DNA of 47,553 bases, taken from IMG/VR virus record IMGVR_UViG_2939177367_000001; one strand, written 5' to 3'. Below the pieces are notes generated by a model. That model was not told where the DNA came from. It searched no databases and worked only from the letters and a program-made list of their open reading frames with translations. Numbering within the stretch: position 1 is the first letter of the stretch; the number at the start of each line of letters is the position of its first letter. Both the position numbers and the translations under genes were made by a program. Positions 38,162 to 47,553 of this stretch are shown here, piece by piece. Origin of the DNA: a virus (Duplodnaviria > Heunggongvirae > Uroviricota > Caudoviricetes).

Positions 38162-41100
38162 ATGGCAGTACGGATTTCAGGTGTACTGAAAGATGGCGCA
38201 GGTAAGCCGATACAAAACTGCACCATTCAGCTAAAGGCCAGGCGCAACAGCACCACGGTGGTGGTGAACACAGTGGCCTCAGAAAACCCGGATGAAGCCG
38301 GGCGTTACACAATGGACGTCGAGTATGGTCAGTACAGCGTCAGTCTGTTGGTGGAGGGATTCCCGCCGTCACACGCCGGGATTATCACCGTATATGAGGA
38401 CTCAAAGCCGGGCACACTGAATGATTTCCTCGGTGCAATGACGGAGGATGATGTCCGGCCAGAGGCACTGCGCCGTTTTGAACTGATGGTGGAAGAGGTG
38501 GCGCGTAACGCGTCCGCAGTGGCACAGAACACGGCAGCCGCGAAGAAGTCAGCCGGCGATGCCGGCACATCTGCCCGTGAGGCGGCAACCCATGCGACTG
38601 ATGCTGCAGGCTCAGCACGCGCAGCCAGCACGTCAGCCGGACAGGCCGCTTCGTCGGCTCAGTCAGCGTCTTCCAGCGCAGGAACGGCATCAGCAAAGGC
38701 CACTGAAGCATCAAAAAGTGCTGCCGCTGCAGAGTCCTCAAAAAGCGCGGCGGCCACCAGTGCCGCTGCGGCAAAAACGTCAGAAACGAATGCGGCAGCG
38801 TCACAACAATCAGCAGCCACTTCAGCATCCACCGCGACCACGAAAGCGTCAGAAGCTGCCACCTCAGCCCGGGATGCGTCGGCTTCAAAAGAGGCGGCAA
38901 AATCATCAGAAACGAGCGCAGCCTCGAGCGCCAGCAGCGCAGCTTCCTCGGCAACGGCGACAGCAAATTCTGCGAAGGCGGCAAAAACGTCCGAGACGAA
39001 CGCCAAGGCTTCTGAAACGGCAGCGGGACAGAGTGCCTCAGCTGCGGCAGGCTCAAAAACAGCGGCTGCGTCGTCTGCCAGTGCCGCGTCAACAAGTGCC
39101 GGGCAGGCCTCAGCCAGTGCCACCGCCGCCGGAAAATCGGCAGAAAGTGCTGCATCGTCCGCTTCAACAGCCACAACGAAGGCTGGCGAAGCCGCTGTAC
39201 AGGCCAGCGCAGCAGCGAGGTCTGCTTCCGCAGCGAAGACATCCGAAACGAATGCGAAAGCGTCGGAAACCCGTGCAGAATCCTCAAAAACGGCAGCCGC
39301 ATCGTCCGCCAGTTCGGCAGCGTCATCGGCATCATCTGCGTCTGCTTCAAAAGATGAGGCGACCAGACAGGCGTCAGCAGCGAAGAGCAGCGCCACGACG
39401 GCATCCACGAAGGCGACAGAGGCAGCTGGCAGTGCGACGGCAGCAGCTCAGAGCAAAAGTACGGCGGAATCCGCAGCAACGCGCGCTGAGACAGCGGCAA
39501 AACGGGCAGAGGATATTGCATCCGCCGTGGCGCTTGAGGATGCGAGCACGACGAAAAAGGGGATAGTACAGCTCAGCAGTGCGACCAACAGTTCGTCTGA
39601 AACGCTGGCGGCAACGCCAAAGGCAGTAAAATCAGCCTATGACAATGCAGAGAAACGTCTGCAGAAAGACCAGAACGGCGCTGATATACCCGATAAGGGA
39701 CGCTTCCTGAACAACATTAACGCGGTCAGTAAAACAGACTTTGCTGATAAGCGTGGTATGCGTTATGTGCGGGTTAACGCTCCTGCAGGTGCAATATCTG
39801 GAAGATATTACCCTGTTGTTGTTATGCGTTCTGCTGGCTCAGTAAGCGAACTGGCATCAAGGGTCATTATCACCACGGCAACGCGAACCGCAGGCGATCC
39901 GATGAATAACTGCGAGTTTAACGGGTTTGTTATGCCTGGTGGCTGGACTGACAGGGGGCGTTATGCTTATGGAATGTTCTGGCAATATCAAAACAATGAA
40001 CGAGCCATCCACTCAATAATGATGAGTAATAAGGGCGATGATTTGCGCTCTGTGTTCTATGTTGATGGTGCTGCTTTCCCTGTTTTTGCGTTTATTGAAG
40101 ATGGCCTGTCAATATCCGCACCTGGTGCTGATCTCGTTGTTAATGATACGACCTATAAGTTTGGGGCAACAAATCCAGCGACTGAATGTATCGCGGCGGA
40201 CGTTATCCTTGATTTTAAGAGTGGCCGTGGTTTTTATGAGTCTCATTCGTTAATCGTTAACGATAACTTGTCGTGCAAAAAACTTTTTGCCACAGACGAA
40301 ATTGTAGCGCGTGGTGGTAATCAGATTCGAATGATAGGTGGGGAGTATGGTGCATTATGGCGTAATGATGGCGCTAAAACTTACCTGCTGCTTACCAATC
40401 AAGGTGATGTTTATGGTGGCTGGAATACATTAAGACCGTTTGCTATTGATAACGCAACCGGCGAACTGGTTATTGGAACCAAACTGTCCGCAAGTCTGAA
40501 CGGTAATGCATTAACAGCAACAAAGCTGCAAACGCCAAGACTGGTTTCTGGTGTTGAGTTTGATGGTTCCAAAGATATTACTTTAACCGCCGCGCATGTG
40601 GCTGCTTTTGCCAGAAGGGCAACGGATACATATGCCGATGCGGATGGTGGCGTTCCCTGGAATGCCGAATCAGGCGCTTATAATGTCACCCGCTCTGGCG
40701 ACAGCTATATTCTGGTTAACTTCTATACCGGAGTCGGAAGTTGCCGGACCCTGCAGATGAAGGCGCATTACAGAAATGGTGGTCTGTTCTACCGTTCTTC
40801 AAGAGATGGCTATGGTTTTGAGGAAGACTGGGCAGAAGTTTATACCTCGAAAAATCTTCCACCAGAAAGCTACCCAGTCGGCGCACCAATCCCGTGGCCA
40901 TCAGATACCGTTCCGTCTGGTTATGCCCTGATGCAGGGGCAGACTTTTGACAAATCTGCCTACCCGAAACTTGCAGCCGCTTATCCGTCAGGCGTGATCC
41001 CTGATATGCGTGGCTGGACGATTAAGGGCAAACCTGCCAGTGGTCGTGCCGTATTGTCTCAGGAACAGGACGGCATTAAATCGCACACCCACAGCGCCAG

Positions 41101-41575
41101 CGCATCCAGTACGGATTTGGGGACGAAAACCACATCGTCGTTTGATTACGGCACTAAATCCACGAATAACACCGGGGCGCATACGCACAGTCTGAGTGGC
41201 TCTACGGGGTCTGCCGGTGCTCATACTCATGGTAATGGTATTCGTTGGCCAGGAGGCGGCGGTTCTGCGTTAGCATTTTATGATGGCGGTGGGTTCACTT
41301 ATGTCAAGGATTCACAGTATCAAGTAAGCCCGGGGACTTCTTCCAGTAGATCGTATTATCAACGTATTCAGACACAGTCAGCAGGTGCTCATACCCACTC
41401 GCTGTCTGGTACTGCAGCAAGTTCTGGCGCACATGCACATACTGTAGGTATTGGTGCGCATACGCACTCGGTTGCGATTGGCTCACATGGACACACCATC
41501 ACCGTTAACGCTGCTGGTAACGCGGAAAACACCGTCAAAAACATCGCATTTAACTATATTGTGAGGCTCGCATAA
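38162..41575 (+). CDS. stf: side tail fibre protein Stf-like (1137 aa) with long Ala/Ser/Thr-rich repeat region and C-terminal His-box repeats
   Basis: N-terminus [29 protein letters not shown] and C-terminal GAHTHS repeats match lambda Stf; central low-complexity repeats. Confidence 0.9.
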   Translation: MAVRISGVLKDGAGKPIQNCTIQLKARRNSTTVVVNTVASENPDEAGRYTMDVEYGQYSVSLLVEGFPPSHAGIITVYEDSKPGTLNDFLGAMTEDDVRPEALRRFELMVEEVARNASAVAQNTAAAKKSAGDAGTSAREAATHATDAAGSARAASTSAGQAASSAQSASSSAGTASAKATEASKSAAAAESSKSAAATSAAAAKTSETNAAASQQSAATSASTATTKASEAATSARDASASKEAAKSSETSAASSASSAASSATATANSAKAAKTSETNAKASETAAGQSASAAAGSKTAAASSASAASTSAGQASASATAAGKSAESAASSASTATTKAGEAAVQASAAARSASAAKTSETNAKASETRAESSKTAAASSASSAASSASSASASKDEATRQASAAKSSATTASTKATEAAGSATAAAQSKSTAESAATRAETAAKRAEDIASAVALEDASTTKKGIVQLSSATNSSSETLAATPKAVKSAYDNAEKRLQKDQNGADIPDKGRFLNNINAVSKTDFADKRGMRYVRVNAPAGAISGRYYPVVVMRSAGSVSELASRVIITTATRTAGDPMNNCEFNGFVMPGGWTDRGRYAYGMFWQYQNNERAIHSIMMSNKGDDLRSVFYVDGAAFPVFAFIEDGLSISAPGADLVVNDTTYKFGATNPATECIAADVILDFKSGRGFYESHSLIVNDNLSCKKLFATDEIVARGGNQIRMIGGEYGALWRNDGAKTYLLLTNQGDVYGGWNTLRPFAIDNATGELVIGTKLSASLNGNALTATKLQTPRLVSGVEFDGSKDITLTAAHVAAFARRATDTYADADGGVPWNAESGAYNVTRSGDSYILVNFYTGVGSCRTLQMKAHYRNGGLFYRSSRDGYGFEEDWAEVYTSKNLPPESYPVGAPIPWPSDTVPSGYALMQGQTFDKSAYPKLAAAYPSGVIPDMRGWTIKGKPASGRAVLSQEQDGIKSHTHSASASSTDLGTKTTSSFDYGTKSTNNTGAHTHSLSGSTGSAGAHTHGNGIRWPGGGGSALAFYDGGGFTYVKDSQYQVSPGTSSSRSYYQRIQTQSAGAHTHSLSGTAASSGAHAHTVGIGAHTHSVAIGSHGHTITVNAAGNAENTVKNIAFNYIVRLA

Positions 41576-42156
41576 TGGCATTCAGAATGAGTGAACAAGC
41601 ACGGACCATAAAAATTTATAACCTGCTGGCCGGAACTAATGAATTTATTGGTGAAGGTGACGCATATATTCCGCCTCATACAGGTCTGCCTGCAAACAGT
41701 ACCGATATTGCACCGCCAGATATTCCGGCAGGCTTCGTGGCTGTTTTCAACAGTGATGAGGCATCGTGGCATCTCGTTGAAGACCATCGTGGTAAAACGG
41801 TCTATGACGTGGCTTCCGGCGACGCGTTATTTATTTCTGAACTCGGCTCATTACCGGAAAATGTCACCTGGTTATCCCCGGAAGGGGAGTTTCAGAAGTG
41901 GAACGGTACAGTCTGGGTGAAGGATACGGAAGCAGAAAAACTGTTCCGGATCCGGGAGGCGGAAGAAACAAAAAACAGCTTGATGCAGGTAGCCAGTGAG
42001 CATATAGCGCCGCTTCAGGATGCTGTAGATCTGGAAATCGCAACGGAGGAAGAAATCTCGTTGCTGGAAGCCTGGAAGAAGTATCGGGTGTTGCTGAACC
42101 GTGTTAATACAACAACTGCACCGGATATTGAATGGCCAGTAGCACCTATAGGGTAA
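41575..42156 (+). CDS. tfa: tail fibre assembly protein Tfa (193 aa)
   Basis: Size and synteny after stf; start overlaps stf stop. Confidence 0.85.
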   Translation: MAFRMSEQARTIKIYNLLAGTNEFIGEGDAYIPPHTGLPANSTDIAPPDIPAGFVAVFNSDEASWHLVEDHRGKTVYDVASGDALFISELGSLPENVTWLSPEGEFQKWNGTVWVKDTEAEKLFRIREAEETKNSLMQVASEHIAPLQDAVDLEIATEEEISLLEAWKKYRVLLNRVNTTTAPDIEWPVAPIG

Positions 42157-43238
42157 ATTCGTAATGATTACCTAAATACGTTATTCTTTTGTTCAAAAAG
42201 TGATTTTGCTATAGGTAGGGAGTATGTTCTTGGATTAAGAATAAAAAATCGCCATGAAAGAGCTTCATGGCGAGTACATAAACGTACAAAATGTGATGAA
42301 AGTAGAGTGGCGTAAGCCACTATATTAAGATATGACAATAGCGAAGAAAAGTAAATAACATTTTATGGACGTTTAATTTTTAATTATAAAAACTAGAGTG
42401 CCCGATATTGTTTATCTTGCTTTAAAATAATGTACTCAAACCAAATTTTTGAGCTAAAAGCTCAAATAATATAAATGCAATAATAATGTTTAATAAGACA
42501 ATTAGCTTGCTTTGTATTTTCATTTCGGAATACTGTTAAGTAACTTTGATGACCCTAACAATAGATCGGAATTTTCTTAGAGTCAATGGTCACTGTTTTT
42601 GCTTGCAAAGCAAATGTTTTGGTGGTTATAAGTTGTCTTAATATAGTCACGCATGCAACTTGTTCCATGCGGAGATTAAAGATTGGAATATAACGCGAAG
42701 ATGGAATTAAATTACATTTGCAATAATCAATTTATTATTACTCAATAATTACCGATATTATTATTGTAAATTAATCATTAGAGTGCAAAAAGAAATGTAA
42801 CGGCAAAATAAGAGGACGATAGCTGAGAAAAAAGCGTGCTTTCCCAATCTGGGGCAAATCACGTCTGAATGACACCTGAAAACAGGTGGTAGCCTCAAGA
42901 AGGCTTGGAATATTCTTCTTTAATGTTATGTAATTCATTGATTTTTCGTGTACGATTTTAAGACATTTATTCCAAGAAAAATTTTTAACTCTTTGATTTT
43001 TCGACTCTGTATCATCGGTCTCGAAAACCGTAGACACATAGTATGCGTTAATTTATGAACAAACTACTTGTCTGCTGTTTTTCTGTCATTAGTCGTATAT
43101 AGAATGATTCTCTATGCCTAACAAAGCATCACCAGTGCTAGATTACGTTGTAGTCACTGTTTAAATATCCAGATAAAACATTTCCTTCTGGGTTGAATGA
43201 GTGATAAAGTTTCACCCATTAGACCCCTTGGAGGAATT

Positions 43239-44672
43239 ATGTCTGAATTTGAAGTGTTGGCACAGCATCTGCTGAAGGAAGCCGAGGCGGAAGAAAAGCT
43301 GCGACAGGAAAATGATAAAAAGCTTATCGAGAAAGTGCTGGAAATCTATGATCAGAAGTATGTGGCTGAATTACTGAGAAAAGTCGGAAAAAATGAGTGG
43401 AGCCGTGAAACCATTAACCGCTGGATTAATGGCAAGTGTTTACCAAAATCGTTGACTTCAGTAGAAGAGTCTCTTCTGCGTAAGATGCTACCAGAACCAC
43501 CTGCAAACCATCCGGAATATGCTTTCCGCTTCATTGACTTATTTGCTGGAATTGGAGGGATACGGAAAGGTTTTGAGGCCATTGGAGGCCAGTGTGTTTT
43601 TACCAGTGAATGGAATAAAGATGCTGTGCGTACATACAAGGCCAACTGGTTTAACGATGAACAGGTGCATAAATTCAATCTCGATATTCGGGAAGTCACG
43701 CTGAGTGATAAAACCGATGTATTGGAAACGGATGCTTATGCATATATTGATGAGCATGTGCCGGATCATGATGTGCTTCTTGCGGGGTTCCCGTGCCAGC
43801 CATTTAGCCTTGCTGGTGTTAGTAAGAAAAACTCACTTGGTCGTGCGCATGGTTTTGAATGTGAAGCACAAGGAACACTTTTTTTTGACGTGGCACGTAT
43901 TATACGAGCAAAAAAACCGGCAATTTTTGTGCTGGAAAATGTCAAAAATCTGAAGAGCCATGATAAGGGTAAAACTTTCAAAGTCATTATGGAGACCCTT
44001 GACGAGCTGGGCTACGAAGTTGCCGATGCTGCAGAAATGGGAAAAAACGATCCAAAGATTATCGATGGGAAGCATTTTTTGCCTCAGCATCGTGAACGCA
44101 TTGTTCTGGTCGGATTTAGACGAGATCTGAATATTCACAAGGGGTTTACCTTGCGTGATATCAGTCGTTTTTATCCGGAACACCGCCCATCATTTGGTGA
44201 ATTGCTGGAGCCTGTAGTCGACAGTAAATATATACTTACGCCAAAACTATGGGAGTACCTTTATAACTACGCCAAAAAGCATGCAGCCAAGGGGAATGGT
44301 TTTGGCTTTGGGTTGGTCAATCCTGAGAATAAGGAAAGCATTGCACGCACACTTTCTGCCAGATATCACAAAGACGGATCAGAAATTCTTATTGATCGTG
44401 GTTGGGATATGGCAACGGGAGAGGCTGACTTTATGAATGAGAGTAATCAGGCTCGTCGACCACGCAGGCTGACTCCCCGAGAGTGCGCACGCCTTATGGG
44501 ATTTGAAAAACCTGGAGGGAAACCATTCCGTATTCCGGTTTCAGATACTCAGTCATATCGGCAGTTCGGTAACTCAGTTGTGGTGCCAGTATTTGAAGCT
44601 GTTGCCAGACTTCTGGAACCCTATATCCTCAAAGCTGTTTCTGCTGATGCTGGTAAGACTGGGCAGCCTTGA
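43239..44672 (+). CDS. ecoRIIM: DNA cytosine-5 methyltransferase, M.EcoRII/Dcm-like (477 aa)
   Basis: Motifs [10 protein letters not shown] (AdoMet binding), GFPCQPFS (catalytic PC), ENV, QFGNSV; GGAGG RBS before MSEFEVLAQ; length equals M.EcoRII. Confidence 0.9.
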   Translation: MSEFEVLAQHLLKEAEAEEKLRQENDKKLIEKVLEIYDQKYVAELLRKVGKNEWSRETINRWINGKCLPKSLTSVEESLLRKMLPEPPANHPEYAFRFIDLFAGIGGIRKGFEAIGGQCVFTSEWNKDAVRTYKANWFNDEQVHKFNLDIREVTLSDKTDVLETDAYAYIDEHVPDHDVLLAGFPCQPFSLAGVSKKNSLGRAHGFECEAQGTLFFDVARIIRAKKPAIFVLENVKNLKSHDKGKTFKVIMETLDELGYEVADAAEMGKNDPKIIDGKHFLPQHRERIVLVGFRRDLNIHKGFTLRDISRFYPEHRPSFGELLEPVVDSKYILTPKLWEYLYNYAKKHAAKGNGFGFGLVNPENKESIARTLSARYHKDGSEILIDRGWDMATGEADFMNESNQARRPRRLTPRECARLMGFEKPGGKPFRIPVSDTQSYRQFGNSVVVPVFEAVARLLEPYILKAVSADAGKTGQP

Positions 44673-44678
44673 GAACAT

Positions 44679-44701
44679 CTCCCGGCCTTTTAAGCCGGGA
44701 G
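44679..44701. terminator. bidirectional hairpin between convergent M and R genes
   Basis: CTCCCGGC-loop-GCCGGGAG 8-bp stem located between the two stops. Confidence 0.5.
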
Positions 44702-44706
44702 TCAGC

Positions 44707-45915
44707 CTATGATAGTTCAGCGTAAAGCTCTATCAGCTCAGTAATGAATGCTCCGAGCGTTATTAATTCTTCTCTAACTGCTTCTGGGTATTTTTTATGT
44801 AAAGTTGATGGTACAACGAGTCTGACACCCGCATCTTTCATTTCTCGGTATTGTGCTGAAGAAACACCTTCTTGCAGTGTAAATAAATGTACCTGATGGA
44901 TTTTATCTGCTTCATTCAGTATCTGACGCCAGCGATCTTTGCAGGTGGTCTTTACTGCCAGCATACGTAAGTTTTCTACAGGAAATTCAACGTTATGATA
45001 TGCCTCTGCTGAAGGAAACAGGAAATCTGGTTTTTTATTACCTTCAGTAACTGCCTGAGTGGAGAAATGCCGTAGTCCGTGCTCGATAAAAAGCTTCTCT
45101 AGGTGAAGTTCAAGTGATTTGCCTGCCCTTGATTTACGTCGATTACTGACAGAGTTGGCTAATGCAATAAACTCATCTACAGAATCGAATCCTTTCTTAA
45201 TAATATCAAGAACATGTAATTCCTCGACGAGTAGAAAAATATCATACTCGACACGCCGACGGTCAATCAGTTGCTCATCTGGATCCTTGGAGTTTTTAGC
45301 ATAATGGCCAGCAGCATATTGAATAATTTCGTTTCCAGAAGGAAAACGCTTCTTCCAGTCTTCAGGAATAACATATTTATGATTTACTGGAGTTTGCTGA
45401 AGAGACAATCCGCCCAAAATTTGTCCGGCAGGGCCGGAAATTAGGGTTCCAGGTATGATTTCGCCAATAGCAGACTCGATGATATCCTCTTCATCGGGAT
45501 TGACGCAGACCCATATATCTACCTCGGAACAGTCAGTGTTCTGTTCGTTTAACCTGAAAGCAAGAATTGTGAGGGCTCCTGTATTTTCAGGGTTCTGTAA
45601 TGGACTTCCTCTCCCCCAGCGCGTAATTCTTTTTTCGTTTCGGGTCTTACCAAAATAACGGTTGTTGTAATAAATTGCGCGTGCTTGGGTATCAGGGCAA
45701 TCATGGGATGATACATGCGCAGTAAGGAAGACTGAAGGGTTCAGTTCGCGAGTATGATTGATAGATGGAAAAAGCTTTTCAACGATATTTGAGGGGATAT
45801 AAAGTCCGACCTGATGGCCACCTGTTGCGCCTGTGTCGTTTGCAGAAAGGCGTTTGATGTAGATAAAGTAATTCCCGCTTGCGATATCAAGCAGCCAGTT
45901 ATGAAAAACCGACAT
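44707..45915 (-). CDS. ecoRIIR: type IIE restriction endonuclease, EcoRII-like (about 402 aa)
   Basis: Translation MSVFHNWLL...YIKRLSANDTGATGGHQVGLYIP matches recalled R.EcoRII; convergent with its methyltransferase. Confidence 0.85.
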   Translation of the reverse strand: MSVFHNWLLDIASGNYFIYIKRLSANDTGATGGHQVGLYIPSNIVEKLFPSINHTRELNPSVFLTAHVSSHDCPDTQARAIYYNNRYFGKTRNEKRITRWGRGSPLQNPENTGALTILAFRLNEQNTDCSEVDIWVCVNPDEEDIIESAIGEIIPGTLISGPAGQILGGLSLQQTPVNHKYVIPEDWKKRFPSGNEIIQYAAGHYAKNSKDPDEQLIDRRRVEYDIFLLVEELHVLDIIKKGFDSVDEFIALANSVSNRRKSRAGKSLELHLEKLFIEHGLRHFSTQAVTEGNKKPDFLFPSAEAYHNVEFPVENLRMLAVKTTCKDRWRQILNEADKIHQVHLFTLQEGVSSAQYREMKDAGVRLVVPSTLHKKYPEAVREELITLGAFITELIELYAELS

Positions 45916-46000
45916 ATACATCCCTTTGTTAACATACAGTCAGGGTTAACATTTTTCCATAGTTATAGATAAGCGGCTAGGAACTTAAGGGAAAAACAAA

Positions 46001-46020
46001 AAGCCCGCATAAGCGGGCTT
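46001..46020. terminator. symmetric hairpin flanked by A-run and T-run (bidirectional terminator-like)
   Basis: AAGCCCGC-ATAA-GCGGGCTT with A and T tracts on either side. Confidence 0.45.
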
Positions 46021-46587
46021 TTGTGTCACTCGAGAGCCGCGGCTCCTTTGCGTATCCTTTTTTGTCTCCTCACCGTCTGGTCGGTGTCCTGCTAAGACTG
46101 CTAACTTCCTGTTTTTGTTGGTGTTGTCCTTACACCGTCCAATCATGATTGGTGGGCTGGCGGGAGTTGAAACCGCAGCCACGTCGTATGCAAGAACGTG
46201 CTGCGGTTGGCTGGTGAACTTCCGATAGTGCGAGTATTGAATGATTTCCAACTGTTATCGATTTTGCGTATTTTTTGCATGAGAGGATTTTTACCTCCTC
46301 CCGCCGATCCTCCATGGCTTTACGCCTGTGTCTCTGGTCTGCTCTGTGCCAATTGCAGACGTTGTTGCACTGCAAAAATATCTTGTCCGGATCAAGGTAT
46401 CGCCACCACTTGTTAGGTGGATTAATCCGTATTTATAACAAATACAATTCCCGGCTGTACCTATAAGCTGTTGTCAGTTATACAAAAGCGATGTAGTGTT
46501 CCACACATTAAATTTACAAACGTGGAAAAGTCCGTGTTTAGATACAGATTTTTCCGCTGAATAACCGCATATTTCCAAAGGTTTATC

Positions 46588-47553
46588 ATGAGTAAGTGGC
46601 TATTAGACAGGCTATTTGAAGCCGGTGATCAGGCAGAGCCCCGGTTTGCGTTTCAGGGGACTGTAAATTGGATGAGGGCCCTTGCCGAAGTCGTTAACGG
46701 TGGCGCTTGTGCCGATGATAAACTAAATGATTTATATGCTCGGGTACAACGTAGACCTGTCAATCGTGAAGCTGATACGCTTGTGTTTGAGAACACAATG
46801 ATGGCCTTACATAATCTGTCATCTTTGAAAAGTATGAATAAAGATGTCGAAGATAAATATGACATATGTCGTTCAGCTATTATTTCTTGGTATTACAGTA
46901 TCTATTTTTCCGCTAGCGCGATGGTTGCAGCATCTTCTGGTTCTATTCAAGAGACACATACAGCCACAGCAAAAGTTTGGCAGTCAGATATCGCGGAAAA
47001 AGAACTTATCCCATATCCATTTAATCTTCTTCTAACTAGTTTAGTTTCAAACACTGCTGATGCCGAGATTGCTGCATATAGAGGTGCTAACCGTTTCGAC
47101 CTGAATAATAGAGCTTATGATAATGAAACTGCTCATGGTGCACTGGTTTCCTATCTAAAGGGGACTCATGGCTACAAAAAGTGGGAAACAGAAGAGAGGG
47201 TGAGAACTTCTCGTGATTTCAAAGCTCTTGGTGTTGACAACTTTCGCACGAAAGCTGCTCGCGAAGTTCGCGATCACGCACTAGAAAAAGGACAAGTTAA
47301 TTTCCTTATTCAGGCATTTAGATACCGTGGTAAAGCGAACTATCGTGACTCTATATTTTTATCCTACGGTGACAACAACGAAGCTATTATAGAAGAATTT
47401 ATCCAAGATTTGTATGATGTCGCTATTGGCTTCATTAGGGCTACTTCGCATTATTGCAGTCGAAGAGTCGAGAGAGGTACGTGGGCTGAGTTTGTCGAGG
47501 ATATTTCTGATAACTCAAGGTTGTCTATTGACTCTGTCGTGCTTGAAATATAA
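46588..47553 (+). CDS. hypothetical protein (321 aa), unknown function
   Basis: Complete ORF ending at the last base of the window; protein-like composition; preceded by a 660-bp intergenic region with promoter-like AT-rich DNA. Confidence 0.6.
   Translation: MSKWLLDRLFEAGDQAEPRFAFQGTVNWMRALAEVVNGGACADDKLNDLYARVQRRPVNREADTLVFENTMMALHNLSSLKSMNKDVEDKYDICRSAIISWYYSIYFSASAMVAASSGSIQETHTATAKVWQSDIAEKELIPYPFNLLLTSLVSNTADAEIAAYRGANRFDLNNRAYDNETAHGALVSYLKGTHGYKKWETEERVRTSRDFKALGVDNFRTKAAREVRDHALEKGQVNFLIQAFRYRGKANYRDSIFLSYGDNNEAIIEEFIQDLYDVAIGFIRATSHYCSRRVERGTWAEFVEDISDNSRLSIDSVVLEI

Noticed and set aside
38385-39566. Long ORFs 38385..39521(-), 38559..39566(+), 38659..39408(-)
   Set aside because: Artefacts of the repetitive Ala/Ser-coding tract in stf; translations are homopolymer-like.
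42157-42166. 10-nt match (ATTCGTAATG) to the thrW anticodon loop immediately after tfa, considered as attR core
   Set aside because: Identity stops after 10 nt and the tRNA 3' half (GGTTCGACTCC...CCA) does not follow; most likely chance, so attR is taken to lie outside the window.
42771-43037. 88-aa minus-strand ORF in the AT-rich spacer
   Set aside because: No RBS and hydrophobic low-complexity translation; region more likely promoter or spacer DNA upstream of the methyltransferase.
45985-46375. Minus-strand ORFs 45985..46251 and 46130..46375
   Set aside because: Short, overlapping, without RBS; the region is better explained as intergenic DNA with a terminator hairpin.

Overview
The window holds complete proA, tRNA-Thr(CGU) (thrW) and about 41 kb of a mosaic lambdoid prophage integrated at thrW (attL side), all read from the sequence and recalled protein families without any database search. 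Prophage order: P22-type int/xis, early-left accessory genes (including an HD hydrolase), a CI (S24 peptidase) repressor facing a YdaS-like Cro and a possible YdaT-like gene, an O-like initiator with intragenic iterons, a LexA N-domain-only paralogue, RusA, KilA-N, DUF968, Q, a moron block (unknown 176-aa gene, small wHTH gene, DPPY DNA methyltransferase), and a phage-21-type lysis cassette (S21-like pinholin, SAR endolysin, Rz/Rz1). Rz is interrupted by a complete 1310-bp IS629-like IS3-family element with a 3-bp AAC target duplication. After a bor-locus moron come lambda-type terminase, portal, protease-capsid, tail genes Z/U/V/G-T/H/M/L/K/I/J, lom, stf and tfa. Beyond tfa lie a 1-kb AT-rich spacer, an EcoRII-type restriction-modification pair and an unknown 321-aa gene; no attR copy of the tRNA 3' end is visible, so the right prophage boundary is unresolved. 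The best candidates for an undescribed system are (i) a GC-rich, hairpin-dense noncoding island directly upstream of an AT-rich orphan gene that lies antisense within the early-left operon, (ii) the 230-aa bor-locus moron, (iii) a convergent gene pair inserted between holin and endolysin, and (iv) the unknown 321-aa gene next to the R-M pair; none could be assigned a function.
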